A stretch of DNA of 64,000 bases from an uncultured Gammaproteobacteria bacterium (GCA_964402425.1 CAYOCD010000001.1:163442-227441), one strand, 5' to 3'. Numbered from the stretch's first letter, positions 36,270 through 47,107 are shown. The notes: generated from the letters alone by a model not told the origin. Numbers and translations: made by a program.

Positions 36270-36857
36270 TTATTTTTTGGAATCATTCAATGATTGAATG
36301 GCAAGAAACGTTGCGTGAGCGATGTTGATTTTATTATTTGAGTTCAAAATTTTTGAAACAGCATTTGGTACACCCGCGTATTCAAGAATAACACGCATTG
36401 CACCCCCGGCTTTTAATCCAGAACCTTTTGGTGCTGGCTTCAACATAACAATTGCAGAACCTAACTTTACCGTTACGGCATGAGGTAAGGTCTCTTGAAC
36501 CATCGGAACAGTGATCAGGGTCTTTTTTGCTTGTCGGTAAGCTTTATCAACAGCAATTTGTACGTCTGCACCTTTTGCAACACCAAATCCAACACGTCCT
36601 TTTCGATCACCAATAACAAGCGCGCAACGGAAAGACATGCGCTTACCACCAGCTGTCACACGTGTAACACGTGCAAGGTCAAGAATTTTTTGATCAAATT
36701 CTCTTGGTTCTTTTTGCTCGCGACCTGGGCGTTTTCCGCCTTTTCCGCGTGTATCACCTTTTCCACCAAAAGATTTTTCCCCAGAAGCAGAACCTGCTCC
36801 GCTGGGCTTTTGGCCAGATGATGTTTTTGGTCGTGTAGTTGTTTGTGCGTTTGTCAT
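36270..36857 (-). CDS. rpsE: 30S ribosomal protein S5 with a Gly/Lys-rich N-terminal extension
   Basis: dsRBD plus S5 C-terminal domain. Extension is about 50 aa. Confidence 0.95.
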   Translation of the reverse strand: MTNAQTTTRPKTSSGQKPSGAGSASGEKSFGGKGDTRGKGGKRPGREQKEPREFDQKILDLARVTRVTAGGKRMSFRCALVIGDRKGRVGFGVAKGADVQIAVDKAYRQAKKTLITVPMVQETLPHAVTVKLGSAIVMLKPAPKGSGLKAGGAMRVILEYAGVPNAVSKILNSNNKINIAHATFLAIQSLNDSKK

Positions 36858-36864
36858 ACAAAAA

Positions 36865-37215
36865 TTAGAACTTCAAACCACCGGCGCGAGCTCCTTCTGC
36901 CAAAGAAGCAACACGACCATGATAACGAAATGATCCGCGATCAAATACAACCGTTTCCACACCGGCAGCAATCGCTTTTTTCGCGATCATCATACCAACC
37001 TCTTTTGCAACCTCAATAGGTGACGCATCGGATTTCATATCCATATCAGATGAAGAGGCAATTGTAATACCCTTATCATCATTGATGAGCTGAACATAAA
37101 TATGCTTTAAACTGCGCGAAACACTCAAACGAGGTTTGAGTTCAGTTCCATGCATAGCAATACGTGTGCGATGTGCGCGTCGTGCGCGACTAAGTTGTTT
37201 TTTCAATCCGTTCAT
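36865..37215 (-). CDS. rplR: 50S ribosomal protein L18
   Basis: Order and sequence match. Confidence 0.95.
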   Translation of the reverse strand: MNGLKKQLSRARRAHRTRIAMHGTELKPRLSVSRSLKHIYVQLINDDKGITIASSSDMDMKSDASPIEVAKEVGMMIAKKAIAAGVETVVFDRGSFRYHGRVASLAEGARAGGLKF

Positions 37216-37224
37216 ACGTTTGTG

Positions 37225-37782
37225 TTAAGCAGCTGCCTTTTGTGATTTACCAGCCTTGCGACGAACTACTTCATCTGTATACTTAATTCCCTTTCCTTTA
37301 TATGGTTCAGGCTTTCTTACTTTTCTAATACGTGCAGCAATTTCACCGACAGCCTCATTATCAATTCCGATAATTGTAATGATGTTGCCTTCAACCGTAG
37401 CTGAAATTCCTTCCGGAAGAAGGAACGGGACATCATGCGAATAACCAACAATCAAGTTCAACACACGTCCTTGAAGATTTACGCGATATCCAACTCCATT
37501 TACTTCTAATTTTTTTGTAAATCCTACCGTAACACCCGCAATCATATTTGCAATCAATGTACGTGCGGTTCCCCACTGGGAACGGTTAACCTTTTCTGTT
37601 TCATCTTCCACGGAAACAGTGAGATGTTTTCCTTCCGCATCTTCTGTGAGAGCAAGCGAAACAAGCGGATGAACAGTCCGTGACAAAGATCCTTTTGGTC
37701 CTTTCACCGTAATGAACTTGTCATCAACAGTTAATTCGACACCTTGAGGAATAAGAATGGGTTTTTTTCCAACACGTGACAT
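37225..37782 (-). CDS. rplF: 50S ribosomal protein L6
   Basis: Order and sequence match. Confidence 0.95.
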   Translation of the reverse strand: MSRVGKKPILIPQGVELTVDDKFITVKGPKGSLSRTVHPLVSLALTEDAEGKHLTVSVEDETEKVNRSQWGTARTLIANMIAGVTVGFTKKLEVNGVGYRVNLQGRVLNLIVGYSHDVPFLLPEGISATVEGNIITIIGIDNEAVGEIAARIRKVRKPEPYKGKGIKYTDEVVRRKAGKSQKAAA

Positions 37783-37793
37783 ATCGTTTTTTT

Positions 37794-38186
37794 CTAATAA
37801 ACTTCACAAATCACTTCCCCACCAAGATGGCGAGCATGTGCTTCTTTATTGGTCATGAGTCCGTTTGATGTGGATACGATTGAAATACCGAGTCCAGACA
37901 AAATGGAGCGCAAATCTTCCGATTTGGTATAAACACGACGTCCTGGCTTACTTACGCGTTGAATAGATTGAATTGCTGGGAGATGATTTGTATATTTCAA
38001 ATCAATTTGAATCATCGGAAATTTTGATTCCGTTGTCATCACAGCTTTTACAATAAATCCTTCTTTTTCAAGAATTTTTGCAATCGCGAACTTGATGTTC
38101 GAGTACGGCAAAGCAAGCGCAGCTTTTTTAACAGCTTGTGCATTACGAATGCGTGTGAGCATGTCTGAGATTGGGTCTGTGATCAT
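37794..38186 (-). CDS. rpsH: 30S ribosomal protein S8
   Basis: Order and sequence match. Confidence 0.95.
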   Translation of the reverse strand: MITDPISDMLTRIRNAQAVKKAALALPYSNIKFAIAKILEKEGFIVKAVMTTESKFPMIQIDLKYTNHLPAIQSIQRVSKPGRRVYTKSEDLRSILSGLGISIVSTSNGLMTNKEAHARHLGGEVICEVY

Positions 38187-38187
38187 A

Positions 38188-38373
38188 TTACCAACTTGAT
38201 TTTCTTACACCTGGAATTTCTCCCTTGTTAGCCAATTCCCGAAAACAAATACGGCATAACTGAAACGCGCGCATAAAACCACGGTTTCTACCACACTTCC
38301 AACAACGACGATGGATGCGGGTTGAAAACTTTGGTTGCTTTTTGGATTTCGCAATTTGATTTTCTGTTGCCAT
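38188..38373 (-). CDS. rpsZ: 30S ribosomal protein S14 type Z (zinc-binding, 61 aa)
   Basis: CWKCGRNRG...CRICFRE C4 motif. Confidence 0.95.
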   Translation of the reverse strand: MATENQIAKSKKQPKFSTRIHRRCWKCGRNRGFMRAFQLCRICFRELANKGEIPGVRKSSW

Positions 38374-38375
38374 AT

Positions 38376-38918
38376 TTATGCGTCTTGTTTGAGAGGAAGT
38401 CTCAAGTGTTTGAGCAAAGCTTCTGCTTCTTTATCTGTTTTTGCGGAAGTCGCAATTGTTACTTGGATTCCGTGAGTAATTTCAATTTCTTCAGTTGAAA
38501 TTTCAGGAAAAGCCATGTGCTCTTTAAATCCCATTGAATAGTTTCCATTTCCATCAAAAGATTTTTTTGACAAACCACGGAAATCACGGACACGTGGCAA
38601 AGAAACACTGATCAATTTTTCTAGAAAGTCCCACATGCGCTTTCCGCGAAGTGTGACCATTACACCCACAACACTTCCTTCACGAATTTTGAATCCAGCA
38701 ATGGACTTACGTGCTTTTGTAGTAACCGGCTTTTGACCCGTAATTCTCTTTAAGGTATTTTGTGCTGTTTCAAGGAATTTTGCATCTTTCATGCCAGGCC
38801 CAACTCCAATATTCAGTGTCACTGTATTGATTACAGGCACTGCATTCACATTTTTGTACCCAAACTCTTTCATGAGTTCAGGAACGACAGATGTTTTGTA
38901 TGAATCTTTGAGTGACAT
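38376..38918 (-). CDS. rplE: 50S ribosomal protein L5
   Basis: Order and sequence match. Confidence 0.95.
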   Translation of the reverse strand: MSLKDSYKTSVVPELMKEFGYKNVNAVPVINTVTLNIGVGPGMKDAKFLETAQNTLKRITGQKPVTTKARKSIAGFKIREGSVVGVMVTLRGKRMWDFLEKLISVSLPRVRDFRGLSKKSFDGNGNYSMGFKEHMAFPEISTEEIEITHGIQVTIATSAKTDKEAEALLKHLRLPLKQDA

Positions 38919-38923
38919 AATGT

Positions 38924-39247
38924 TTATTCAATATCCTCGACAGTTCCTTTTTTTCGAAGCACACGGATCTTTTTCTTTGTACCTTCAGTTTCGATCATCT
39001 TGTATCCAATTCGACCATGAGCTCCAGACTTTTCTGAAACGAGCTGCACGTTAGATATATGAATAGGTGATGGAAATTGAATTTTTTGCCCCGCATGTTC
39101 TCCGCGCCCTTTCATGTGCTTTGTAAGAATGTTAATTCCATCTACAACCACACGCTCGAGACCTGGAAAAACCTGAAGTACTTTCCCTTCTTTGTTTCTA
39201 TCTTTTCCGGTCAAAACCCGGACTTTGTCGCCTGTTTTGATTTTCAT
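38924..39247 (-). CDS. rplX: 50S ribosomal protein L24
   Basis: KOW motif GDKVRVLTGKDRNKEGKV. Confidence 0.95.
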   Translation of the reverse strand: MKIKTGDKVRVLTGKDRNKEGKVLQVFPGLERVVVDGINILTKHMKGRGEHAGQKIQFPSPIHISNVQLVSEKSGAHGRIGYKMIETEGTKKKIRVLRKKGTVEDIE

Positions 39248-39258
39248 AGAAGGGTGAT

Positions 39259-39630
39259 TTAGAGCACTTCTGGTGCAAGAGAAATAATTTTATTATATCC
39301 ACCAGCACGCAATTCACGAGCAACCGGTCCAAAAATACGTGTACCTTTTGGATCCTTTGTCTTTTTATCAATGATCACAGCTGCGTTTTCATCGAAACGG
39401 ATGTAAGTTCCATCTTTTCGGCGCGTCTCTTTGCGAGTACGCACCATAACAGCGGTGATAACATCACTCTTTTTAACAGCAGCGTGTGGAACAGCTTCCT
39501 TCACAGAGCAAACAACGAGTTCGCCCAAGTGAGCATAGCGCTTTTGGAAGCCTCCGAGTACGCGAATAACCATGAGCTTTTTAGCCCCTGTATTATCTGC
39601 AACTTTGAGCATTGAGAATTCTTGTACCAT
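39259..39630 (-). CDS. rplN: 50S ribosomal protein L14
   Basis: Order and sequence match. Confidence 0.95.
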   Translation of the reverse strand: MVQEFSMLKVADNTGAKKLMVIRVLGGFQKRYAHLGELVVCSVKEAVPHAAVKKSDVITAVMVRTRKETRRKDGTYIRFDENAAVIIDKKTKDPKGTRIFGPVARELRAGGYNKIISLAPEVL

Positions 39631-39709
39631 AGATTGAAAATTTGTAGTTGGTCGTTCGAGTCAAGAAATGAATAATCATTCCCTCACATCGAACGACGAA
39701 CTGTTTGTT

Positions 39710-39955
39710 TTACGCAACAACGGTCCAACGTTTCGTCTTCGAAAGAGGACGGCATTCTTTAAATGAGACCATTTGTCCAATTTCATATGTACCCGTTGGT
39801 GCATGCACATGAAACTTTTCACTGCGCACATAACGCTTTCCATATTTTGGATGCACGAGTGTTCGGTCAACACGAACCACAATTGTTTTATCCATTTTGT
39901 TGGATGTAACAACCCCAGTAAATGCGCGTCGAATTGTGCTAATCTTTGTGTTCAT
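39710..39955 (-). CDS. rpsQ: 30S ribosomal protein S17
   Basis: Order and sequence match. Confidence 0.95.
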   Translation of the reverse strand: MNTKISTIRRAFTGVVTSNKMDKTIVVRVDRTLVHPKYGKRYVRSEKFHVHAPTGTYEIGQMVSFKECRPLSKTKRWTVVA

Positions 39956-39958
39956 ACG

Positions 39959-40153
39959 TTATGTGTTCTTTTGAGATTCGTGGACGAGTGTGCGCATGCG
40001 TGCCATTTGCTTTTTAAGCAAACGAATTTCGCGTACGTTCTTAACTTGATTTGAAGACAACTTGAACTCGAGAGCCTTCAGCTTTTCTCCTGCATCATGA
40101 ATATCATGCAAAAGCGCATCTGGAGTTTTTTGTCGGAGAGTTTTTGCATCCAT
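39959..40153 (-). CDS. rpmC: 50S ribosomal protein L29
   Basis: Order and sequence match. Confidence 0.9.
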   Translation of the reverse strand: MDAKTLRQKTPDALLHDIHDAGEKLKALEFKLSSNQVKNVREIRLLKKQMARMRTLVHESQKNT

Positions 40154-40158
40154 ACAGG

Positions 40159-40578
40159 TTAAGCAATTTCACGAGAAATGATCTTGGTCTTGAGCGGAAG
40201 CTTACTTGCTGCGAGCGTAAGCGCATGACGCGCAAGCTCTTCAGAGATTCCCCCCATTTCGAACATGACTGTTCCAGGACGAATAACTGCAACATAGTGA
40301 TCTACCGCACCCTTTCCTTTACCCATAGGCATTTCTGAACCTTTAGAGGTGACTGGTTTGTCTGGGAAAATTCGGATCCAAACTTTTCCACCACGCTTAA
40401 TGGCACGTGTCATTGCGCGACGAGCAGCTTCAATCTGACGTGAGGTTACCCATGCTTCTGATGTTGCTTTGATAGCAAAATCTCCGAACGCAACGGTTGT
40501 CATGCGAGTAGCAAGACGTTTTCCGCGTGCGCGTCCTTTATGGGATTTGCGATGTTTTACCTTCTTCGGCATTAACAT
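40159..40578 (-). CDS. rplP: 50S ribosomal protein L16
   Basis: Order and sequence match. Confidence 0.95.
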   Translation of the reverse strand: MLMPKKVKHRKSHKGRARGKRLATRMTTVAFGDFAIKATSEAWVTSRQIEAARRAMTRAIKRGGKVWIRIFPDKPVTSKGSEMPMGKGKGAVDHYVAVIRPGTVMFEMGGISEELARHALTLAASKLPLKTKIISREIA

Positions 40579-40589
40579 AAATTTCTATC

Positions 40590-41240
40590 CTATGCTTTTT
40601 TATCGAAAACCTCTCCGCGATTAATCCACACCTTAATTCCGATAGCTCCCCAGATTGTACGAGCTGTAACGGAAGCATAATCAATATCTGAACGAAGGGT
40701 ATGTAATGGAATCTTTCCTTGTGCAAGCATTTCTCGACGCGCAATTTCTGATCCATTCAATCGTCCGCTAATGACCACCTTCACTCCTTTTGCACCAGCT
40801 TTTGTAACGCGCTCAAGAGTTCCTTTCATGACACGACGAAATGGCATGCGTTTTTCAATATCAGCAGCAATTTGTTGTCCAACAACCATTGCAGAAAGAG
40901 ATACATTTTGAACCTCTTTTACATTAATGGACATTTTTACTCTCTTTCCAGGAAAAAACTTTGATTTGATTTTTTTTGAAAGATCCTCGATCCCTGTTCC
41001 GCCACGACCAATGATAATTCCTGGCTTTGCGGAGTAAATCTGAATCTTAATTTCCTGACGAGTACGCTCGATTTCAACTTTTTCAATCAACGCATCCTTT
41101 AATGTCTTCATGAGAAACGCACGAATCATGACATCTTCTTGCAAAAGTTTGACGTAATTTTTTGAATCCGCGAACCAAAGACTGTCCCACCCTTGTGTGA
41201 CTCCGATTCTGAACCCTCTTGGATTTACCTTATTTCCCAT
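40590..41240 (-). CDS. rpsC: 30S ribosomal protein S3
   Basis: KH plus S3-C domains. Confidence 0.95.
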   Translation of the reverse strand: MGNKVNPRGFRIGVTQGWDSLWFADSKNYVKLLQEDVMIRAFLMKTLKDALIEKVEIERTRQEIKIQIYSAKPGIIIGRGGTGIEDLSKKIKSKFFPGKRVKMSINVKEVQNVSLSAMVVGQQIAADIEKRMPFRRVMKGTLERVTKAGAKGVKVVISGRLNGSEIARREMLAQGKIPLHTLRSDIDYASVTARTIWGAIGIKVWINRGEVFDKKA

Positions 41241-41248
41241 AGAAGTGA

Positions 41249-41686
41249 TTATTCAGTCTTAGCGATTACGGTCTTTTTTATAGCCTGTTTCTTTGGAGCC
41301 TTTTTTTCTTTTTTTGTTTCTTCATTTTCTTTTGAAGAAACACTCCCTTTTTGTTCAACCGCTTCAAGAATGATTGAGATGTGCGTACTGCGTTTACGAA
41401 TTGGCATTGCACGACCATGTGCACGTGGTTGCCAACGATCCAAAATCGGACCTTCGTCTGCTGTAATAGATGTAATTTTCAAATCTTCTTTATTCATTTG
41501 AAAATTATTCACTGCATTTGCAATTGCTGAATTCAAAAGTTTCAGCACCGGTTCAGCGGCGAGTTTATTTGCAAAACGAAGTTGTGTTTGCGCTTTTTCC
41601 ACACGAGCACCACGGATAAGGTCAATCACGAGACGAACCTTCCGAGATGACATGCGAATATGGCGAGCGTGAGCTTTCACTTGCAT
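41249..41686 (-). CDS. rplV: 50S ribosomal protein L22 with Lys-rich C-terminal tail
   Basis: Core plus ...ENEETKKEKKAPKKQAIKKT extension. Confidence 0.95.
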   Translation of the reverse strand: MQVKAHARHIRMSSRKVRLVIDLIRGARVEKAQTQLRFANKLAAEPVLKLLNSAIANAVNNFQMNKEDLKITSITADEGPILDRWQPRAHGRAMPIRKRSTHISIILEAVEQKGSVSSKENEETKKEKKAPKKQAIKKTVIAKTE

Positions 41687-41699
41687 ACATGTTCAATCA

Positions 41700-42026
41700 C
41701 TATTTTTTCTTTGCAGCAGGTTTTGCTGCTGGTTTTGGAGCAGCTTTTGCTGCTTCAGATTCTTTTTGAAGCTTACCTCCATGTCGGACAAATTTACGTG
41801 TCGCGGAAAATTCTCCAAGTTTGTGTCCAACCATGTTTTCTACAACACGAACTTTGATAAAGTCTTTTCCGTTATGTACTGCAAATGTGAATCCGAGCAT
41901 TTCTGGCGTAATCGTGGAAGCGCGGGCCCATGTTTTGATTGGTGTTTGATCTCCTGCTTTCAGCTTACCGATCTTTTTGATCAGTTTAGGATGAACGTAG
42001 GGACCTTTTTTCAAACTGCGTGACAT
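41700..42026 (-). CDS. rpsS: 30S ribosomal protein S19 with AAKPAAKKK-type C-terminal tail
   Basis: Order and sequence match. Confidence 0.95.
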   Translation of the reverse strand: MSRSLKKGPYVHPKLIKKIGKLKAGDQTPIKTWARASTITPEMLGFTFAVHNGKDFIKVRVVENMVGHKLGEFSATRKFVRHGGKLQKESEAAKAAPKPAAKPAAKKK

Positions 42027-42030
42027 AGGA

Positions 42031-42876
42031 TTACTTACCGCCGACGAATCGGCCCTTCTTACGACGTTGAATGATGAGTTTATCTGAAGCTTGTTTACGA
42101 CGTGTCTTCACACCCAATGCTGGTTTTCCAGATGGTGTCTTTGGGTGTTTCAAACCAATTGAGTTACGAGCTTCTCCTCCACCGTGTGGGTGATCCACTG
42201 GGTTCATAGCTTTTCCACGAACAGTTGGACGAATTCCACGATGTCGTGTACGACCAGCCTTACCCCAACGAATCAATCGTCGATCTGGATTTGAGGTTTG
42301 ACCAATAGTAGCCATGCACTGCTTAAAGACCATGCGAATTTCTCCAGATGGCAATTTGATTGTGGCATACGAACCTTCTACGGCCATAAGTTGCGCCGTA
42401 GAACCAGCTCCTCGAACCAACTGACCACCTTTTCCAGGTTGAAGTTCTATATCATACACTTGAATTCCGACGGGAATATGTTCTAGTGAAAATCGATTTC
42501 CTGTCTGAATTTCACCTTTTTGTTTTGAAGAAACAACTGTATCACCAACTTTCAAACCAATAGGAGCTACAATATAGCGTTTTTCTCCATCTTTATAAAA
42601 GAGAAGAGCAATACGAGCACCGCGATTTGGATCATATTCAATGGTTGCTACTTTAGCAGGGACATCAAACTTGTCACGCTTTGCATCCACAAGACGAATG
42701 CGTTGTTTTGCACCGCCACCCTGATGTCGAACGGTAATTTTTCCATTCGAACGACCAGCAAATTTCTTTTTGTGAATAGTAAGAGACTTCAACGGCTTAA
42801 AAGCTGTGAGATCTTCAAAAGTATCCACACTTGAATTGCGGCGTCCTGCAGTCGTTGGTTTATAGCGTTTAACTGG
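42031..42876 (-). CDS. rplB: 50S ribosomal protein L2
   Basis: Start taken at [10 protein letters not shown]; conserved H-rich C-terminus. Confidence 0.95.
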   Translation of the reverse strand, partial: PVKRYKPTTAGRRNSSVDTFEDLTAFKPLKSLTIHKKKFAGRSNGKITVRHQGGGAKQRIRLVDAKRDKFDVPAKVATIEYDPNRGARIALLFYKDGEKRYIVAPIGLKVGDTVVSSKQKGEIQTGNRFSLEHIPVGIQVYDIELQPGKGGQLVRGAGSTAQLMAVEGSYATIKLPSGEIRMVFKQCMATIGQTSNPDRRLIRWGKAGRTRHRGIRPTVRGKAMNPVDHPHGGGEARNSIGLKHPKTPSGKPALGVKTRRKQASDKLIIQRRKKGRFVGGK

Positions 42877-42910
42877 CATAAGTGTTGTTAGTTCTCGTCG
42901 CAAGATCCAA

Positions 42911-43291
42911 TTAGACCCCTTCGTAAATATTCAAGGTTTTTCCTTCTGGTAATGTAACAATCGCTTTCTTCCAAGCCTTGCGATGTCCATCAACTTTTCC
43001 ACGACGCACGTATTTTCCACGCACATTTTGGATATTCACAGATTCTGGTGTGAGACCGTACATTTTACGTACAGCATTCGCGATTTCAATTTTATTCGCA
43101 GACTTTGCTACAGCAAAGACATATGAATTTTTTGAAGCAAGAATAGCGCTTTTTTCAGTAACGATCGGGCGAATAAGCACAGAAGAAATAAATGGGGCAA
43201 GTTTCTTTGCTTCAGAAACAGAAACCTCTTTCTTTTCTTTTGCCACCTTTGGCGCTTTCGTTGTTAAATTGTTTTTTTTGAAAATTCCCAT
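42911..43291 (-). CDS. rplW: 50S ribosomal protein L23 with N-terminal extension
   Basis: Order and sequence match. Confidence 0.9.
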   Translation of the reverse strand: MGIFKKNNLTTKAPKVAKEKKEVSVSEAKKLAPFISSVLIRPIVTEKSAILASKNSYVFAVAKSANKIEIANAVRKMYGLTPESVNIQNVRGKYVRRGKVDGHRKAWKKAIVTLPEGKTLNIYEGV

Positions 43292-43295
43292 ACCG

Positions 43296-43931
43296 TTACG
43301 CTCGCTTGTAAGTTTGAGTGACCATGTCGATTGCCTCTTTTGAGATCAATACAACATCTGCTTTTAAGAGATCGACAACGTTTAATGTGTTTGCTGGCAT
43401 TGTTACAACCCCTTTCATGTTCTGTGCTGCAATTGCAACATCTTTTTGTGCCGGTGGAAGAACAATGAGTGTTTTCTTTTTTGAAATTGGCAAATTCTTG
43501 AGAATCATTCCTAATTCTTTTGTTTTTCCATCTTTGAGGTTTAACTCATCGATAGCAACAAAACGATCAGACGAAACCTTTTCAGACAAGATCATTGCAA
43601 GCGCTTTTCGTTTTGCGCGCTTGTTAATTTTCAAAGAAAAATTACGGTCATTACGTGGTCCGAAAGTGATTCCACCACCAACCCAAATTGGGGATTTTGT
43701 AGAACCGTGTCGAGCACGTCCTGTTCCTTTTTGCTTCCATGGCTTTTTACTTGAACCAGCAACTTCTCCACGTGTTTTTGTGTGTGCAATTGCTTCACGA
43801 GAGTTTGCTTGTTGAGCAACAACAGCTTCGTGAATAAGTGCAGGATTCATTTTCACATCAAATAAACTCGCTTCGAGCGTGAGCGATCCAACTTTTTCAC
43901 CTTTTGTATTGAGGAGGGATACTACTGCCAT
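43296..43931 (-). CDS. rplD: 50S ribosomal protein L4
   Basis: Order and sequence match. Confidence 0.95.
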   Translation of the reverse strand: MAVVSLLNTKGEKVGSLTLEASLFDVKMNPALIHEAVVAQQANSREAIAHTKTRGEVAGSSKKPWKQKGTGRARHGSTKSPIWVGGGITFGPRNDRNFSLKINKRAKRKALAMILSEKVSSDRFVAIDELNLKDGKTKELGMILKNLPISKKKTLIVLPPAQKDVAIAAQNMKGVVTMPANTLNVVDLLKADVVLISKEAIDMVTQTYKRA

Positions 43932-44554
43932 AATTGTTTTCTTTCATGTGAACGAACCAAGATAAGTCCTCCACGCGCTCCTGGAATTGCACCCTTGACT
44001 GCAAGTAAGTTTTTATCTGCATCAAAGGAAACAATTTCGAGATTTTTAACAGTCACACGCATATCACCCATATGCCCACCCATGCGTTGACCCTTGATAA
44101 CTTTTCCTTGGCGCTGAGAACCAATGGAACCTCCCATACGTTGCTGGTCCTTGTTACCATGAGTTGCCTTACTTCCAGAAAAGTGGTGACGCTTCATAAC
44201 ACCAGCAAATCCGCGTCCTTTAGAAACACCGACAATATCAACTTTTGTACCAGGAATAAAATCACTTACACGGATTTCAGCTCCGCGTACATAATTCTCT
44301 GGAACACGCGCCACACGAAATTCACGCAAGGTTTTCACTTGCGGAAGATCAAGGAGGTGCCCCGCTTCACTCTTAACGAGTAATTTGGTTGTAACCTCAG
44401 ATCCGACTTGAACCGCAACATAACCGTCGCGTGATTCTTCGCGGATTTGGGTAACAATATTTGGCTCAGCTTTAATAAGCGTAACCGGAACGACGGTACC
44501 GTCATCCTTAAATTGTTGTGTCATTTCAACTTTGCGTCCGATGATAAATGGCAT
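43922..44554 (-). CDS. rplC: 50S ribosomal protein L3
   Basis: Start taken at MPFIIGRK; the longer track start adds 4 aa. Confidence 0.95.
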   Translation of the reverse strand: MPFIIGRKVEMTQQFKDDGTVVPVTLIKAEPNIVTQIREESRDGYVAVQVGSEVTTKLLVKSEAGHLLDLPQVKTLREFRVARVPENYVRGAEIRVSDFIPGTKVDIVGVSKGRGFAGVMKRHHFSGSKATHGNKDQQRMGGSIGSQRQGKVIKGQRMGGHMGDMRVTVKNLEIVSFDADKNLLAVKGAIPGARGGLILVRSHERKQLWQ

Positions 44555-44566
44555 ACGTGTTTTCAA

Positions 44567-44858
44567 TGCTTACTAGCACAAAAGCTAGAAGTCGACAGTT
44601 ATTCTACTAAATAACAATCGGCTTCTAGCCCCTAATACAATATCTCCAAAATACTGGAGTAAAACGTTTGTACGAAGGAATTGTTGCTTACAATGTAATA
44701 ATCTCCGAAACAATCTTTCAAAGCTCAGGAAGGTTTTCTTGCAGGTACAAACCAAATGCGTAAGATCTTTCTTCCTTGTTTAATTGATTGGTTGATTTCC
44801 GTCAGGCTTCAGAAGCAAAGAAGACTTCTTTTTCTCTGAAGCCTGACCGAAGTCAGGG
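44567..44858 (-). other. Unusually long (about 290 nt) structured non-coding spacer between rpsJ and rplC
   Basis: Contains a 13-bp inverted repeat gtcaggcttcaga...tctgaagcctgac (about 44800-44850) and an 8-bp IR gctagaag...cttctagc with nested gttatt/aataac (about 44590-44640). No ORF of 60 aa or more. Confidence 0.5.
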
Positions 44859-45194
44859 TTATGTTTTGATTTCGACATCGACACCTGCTGGGAGGTTTAA
44901 ACTCATCAGAGCATCAATGGTTTTGTCTGTTGTTTCTGTGATGTCGATAATGCGTTTATGAACACGCATTTCGAACTGATCACGAGAATCCTTATGAACG
45001 AAGGTGGAGCGGTTAACGGTGTATTTCTTCTTCTCTGTTGGAAGAGGAATTGGACCAATCACTTTTGCTCCCGAACGCTCGATTGTTTTTAAAATTGTTT
45101 CTGTAGCTTGATCAATGATCTTGCTATCATACGCACGAATTTTAATACGCAAGCGAGGTTTGTCTTCTTGTTCTTTTTTTGTTGTATTCGTCAC
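44859..45194 (-). CDS. rpsJ: 30S ribosomal protein S10
   Basis: Order and sequence match. Confidence 0.95.
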   Translation of the reverse strand: MTNTTKKEQEDKPRLRIKIRAYDSKIIDQATETILKTIERSGAKVIGPIPLPTEKKKYTVNRSTFVHKDSRDQFEMRVHKRIIDITETTDKTIDALMSLNLPAGVDVEIKT

Positions 45195-45250
45195 AATAAT
45201 GAAAGAAAGAACGATGTGTAAGAGGCGAAAAGCGCCCCTTACACGTTAAA

Positions 45251-46444
45251 TTACTTGATAATTTTTACAACGATTCCAGCTCCAACTGTTTTTCCACCTT
45301 CACGAATTGCGAAGTTCATCTTTTCTTCCAAAGCAACAGGGTGAATGAGTTTAACAGTTGCGCTAACAGTATCTCCAGGCATAACCATTTCTGTTCCTTC
45401 TGGAAGAACAACTTCACCTGTTACGTCTGTTGTACGAACGTAGAACTGTGGCTTATACCCCTTAAAGAATGGTTTATGACGTCCACCCTCTTCTTTTGTA
45501 AGAGCGTAAATTTCTGCTTCGAATTCTGTGTGAGGTGTAATGGATCCTGGTTTTGCAAGAACCATTCCGCGCTCTACATCTTCTTTCTTGATTCCACGAA
45601 GCAAGATTCCTGCATTGTCTCCAGCAAGACCTTGTGACAAAGACTTGTTGAACATTTCGATTCCTGTAACGATTGTTTTTTGTGGTTCTTCATGGATTCC
45701 GACCAATTGAACTTCATCGTTCAAATTGATGGTTCCGCGTTCAATACGTCCTGTTACCACTGTTCCACGTCCTTCAATAGAGAAGACGTCTTCAATTGGC
45801 ATGAGGAGTGGCTTGTCTGTTTCACGAACGGGTTCTGGAATATAGGAATCAAGTGCTGCAACGATATCCATGATGCACTTTGATGCTTCTGCATCTGTTG
45901 GGTTGTTGAGTGCCTTAAGAGCTGATCCGCGAATAACAGGCACTTCGTCACCTGGGAATTTGTATTTTTTCAAAAGATCGCGAACTTCTTCCTCAACAAG
46001 ATCAATAAGTTCTGGATCATCCACCATGTCAACTTTGTTTAAGAAGACCACCATGGCAGGGACTCCAACTTGGTGTGCAAGCAAGATGTGCTCACGTGTT
46101 TGTGGCATTGGTCCGTCTGCAGCTGATACAACCAAGATCGCACCATCCATCTGAGCAGCACCCGTAATCATGTTCTTGATGTAGTCCGCGTGTCCTGGAC
46201 AGTCCACGTGAGCGTAGTGACGCTTTTCAGACTCATATTCACAGTGGGCAGTAGCGATGGTAATTCCACGAGCTTTTGACTCTGGAGCTTTATCCAAATC
46301 GTCCATTCCCTTTGTTTGTGCAGCAAGTCCTCTCGCACCCAAAACGGCGAGGAGGGCAGCTGTTGTTGTGGTTTTTCCGTGGTCAACGTGACCAATGGTT
46401 CCAACGTTAACGTGCGGCTTGGTGCGCGCAAATGCTTCTGCCAT
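45251..46444 (-). CDS. tuf: Elongation factor Tu
   Basis: [18 protein letters not shown]. 397 aa. Confidence 0.97.
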   Translation of the reverse strand: MAEAFARTKPHVNVGTIGHVDHGKTTTTAALLAVLGARGLAAQTKGMDDLDKAPESKARGITIATAHCEYESEKRHYAHVDCPGHADYIKNMITGAAQMDGAILVVSAADGPMPQTREHILLAHQVGVPAMVVFLNKVDMVDDPELIDLVEEEVRDLLKKYKFPGDEVPVIRGSALKALNNPTDAEASKCIMDIVAALDSYIPEPVRETDKPLLMPIEDVFSIEGRGTVVTGRIERGTINLNDEVQLVGIHEEPQKTIVTGIEMFNKSLSQGLAGDNAGILLRGIKKEDVERGMVLAKPGSITPHTEFEAEIYALTKEEGGRHKPFFKGYKPQFYVRTTDVTGEVVLPEGTEMVMPGDTVSATVKLIHPVALEEKMNFAIREGGKTVGAGIVVKIIK

Positions 46445-46556
46445 AGATATGAGAAAGGGCTAAGTGCCCAAAATTAATTTTTGCTTATTTTATCGAAAAG
46501 AGTTGGCCTTTCGAGACAGGCGAAAGTATAGCAAACCCTTTAAAAACATGCAAGTC

Positions 46557-47075
46557 TTACTCGATCGGTTCGAGATAAAACTGTTCTTCCCCAAATTCAT
46601 CCTCATTTTCCTCTAATTTAGGCGAAATTTCTTTATTTACGGCTTCCGAACTTATTTCTGACAAGTGGGGCAACTCTGGCTCCTGTGTATACTTTTTATA
46701 TTGCTCTTCAAGATCTATAACTTCATCTTCTGACATTTTTGTCAGATCCCAGGTTTCACCATCTTCACCAGCTGGTTTCATACTAGCCCAAATGTCTGAT
46801 GATTTTTCCCCATGAGGAATATCCTCTTTCACTGATACTGCAACTTCACCTTCCTCAACCCAACTCACATCATTTGGAAAGCTAGAAGTGGGAGGAAGAT
46901 GGCTCTCAAGATCACTTAGCTCTGTTTCTGGGTCGAAAAACTCAGTATTTCTGAGGTTTTCATACTGATCGAGCCCCATAACCACGTAAACGTCTTCCCC
47001 ATTTGGGTCTGTGACGATCATGGTGTCCCCTGTTTTCTGCACAAGGTTCAAGATGCGTTTGAGCTGATCTTTCAT
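46557..47075 (-). CDS. Acidic hypothetical protein with an N-terminal Phd/YefM-antitoxin-like fold segment and a long Asp/Glu-rich tail
   Basis: MKDQLKRILNLVQKTGDTMIVTDPNGEDVYVVMGLDQYENL resembles Phd/YefM N-domains. The alternative TTG start at 47111 overlaps the upstream kinase stop in a TTGA arrangement. Confidence 0.5.
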   Translation of the reverse strand: MKDQLKRILNLVQKTGDTMIVTDPNGEDVYVVMGLDQYENLRNTEFFDPETELSDLESHLPPTSSFPNDVSWVEEGEVAVSVKEDIPHGEKSSDIWASMKPAGEDGETWDLTKMSEDEVIDLEEQYKKYTQEPELPHLSEISSEAVNKEISPKLEENEDEFGEEQFYLEPIE

Positions 47076-47107
47076 ATGAGCGCATTTTAGTTGATTTCGA
47101 CCTTGTG

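Noticed and set aside
44567-44858. SRP (4.5S) RNA or other known ncRNA in the rpsJ-rplC spacer
   Set aside because: CAGGAAGG...GCAGG is present but the conserved GGAAGGAAGCAGC domain-IV motif is not. Kept only as an unclassified structured region.
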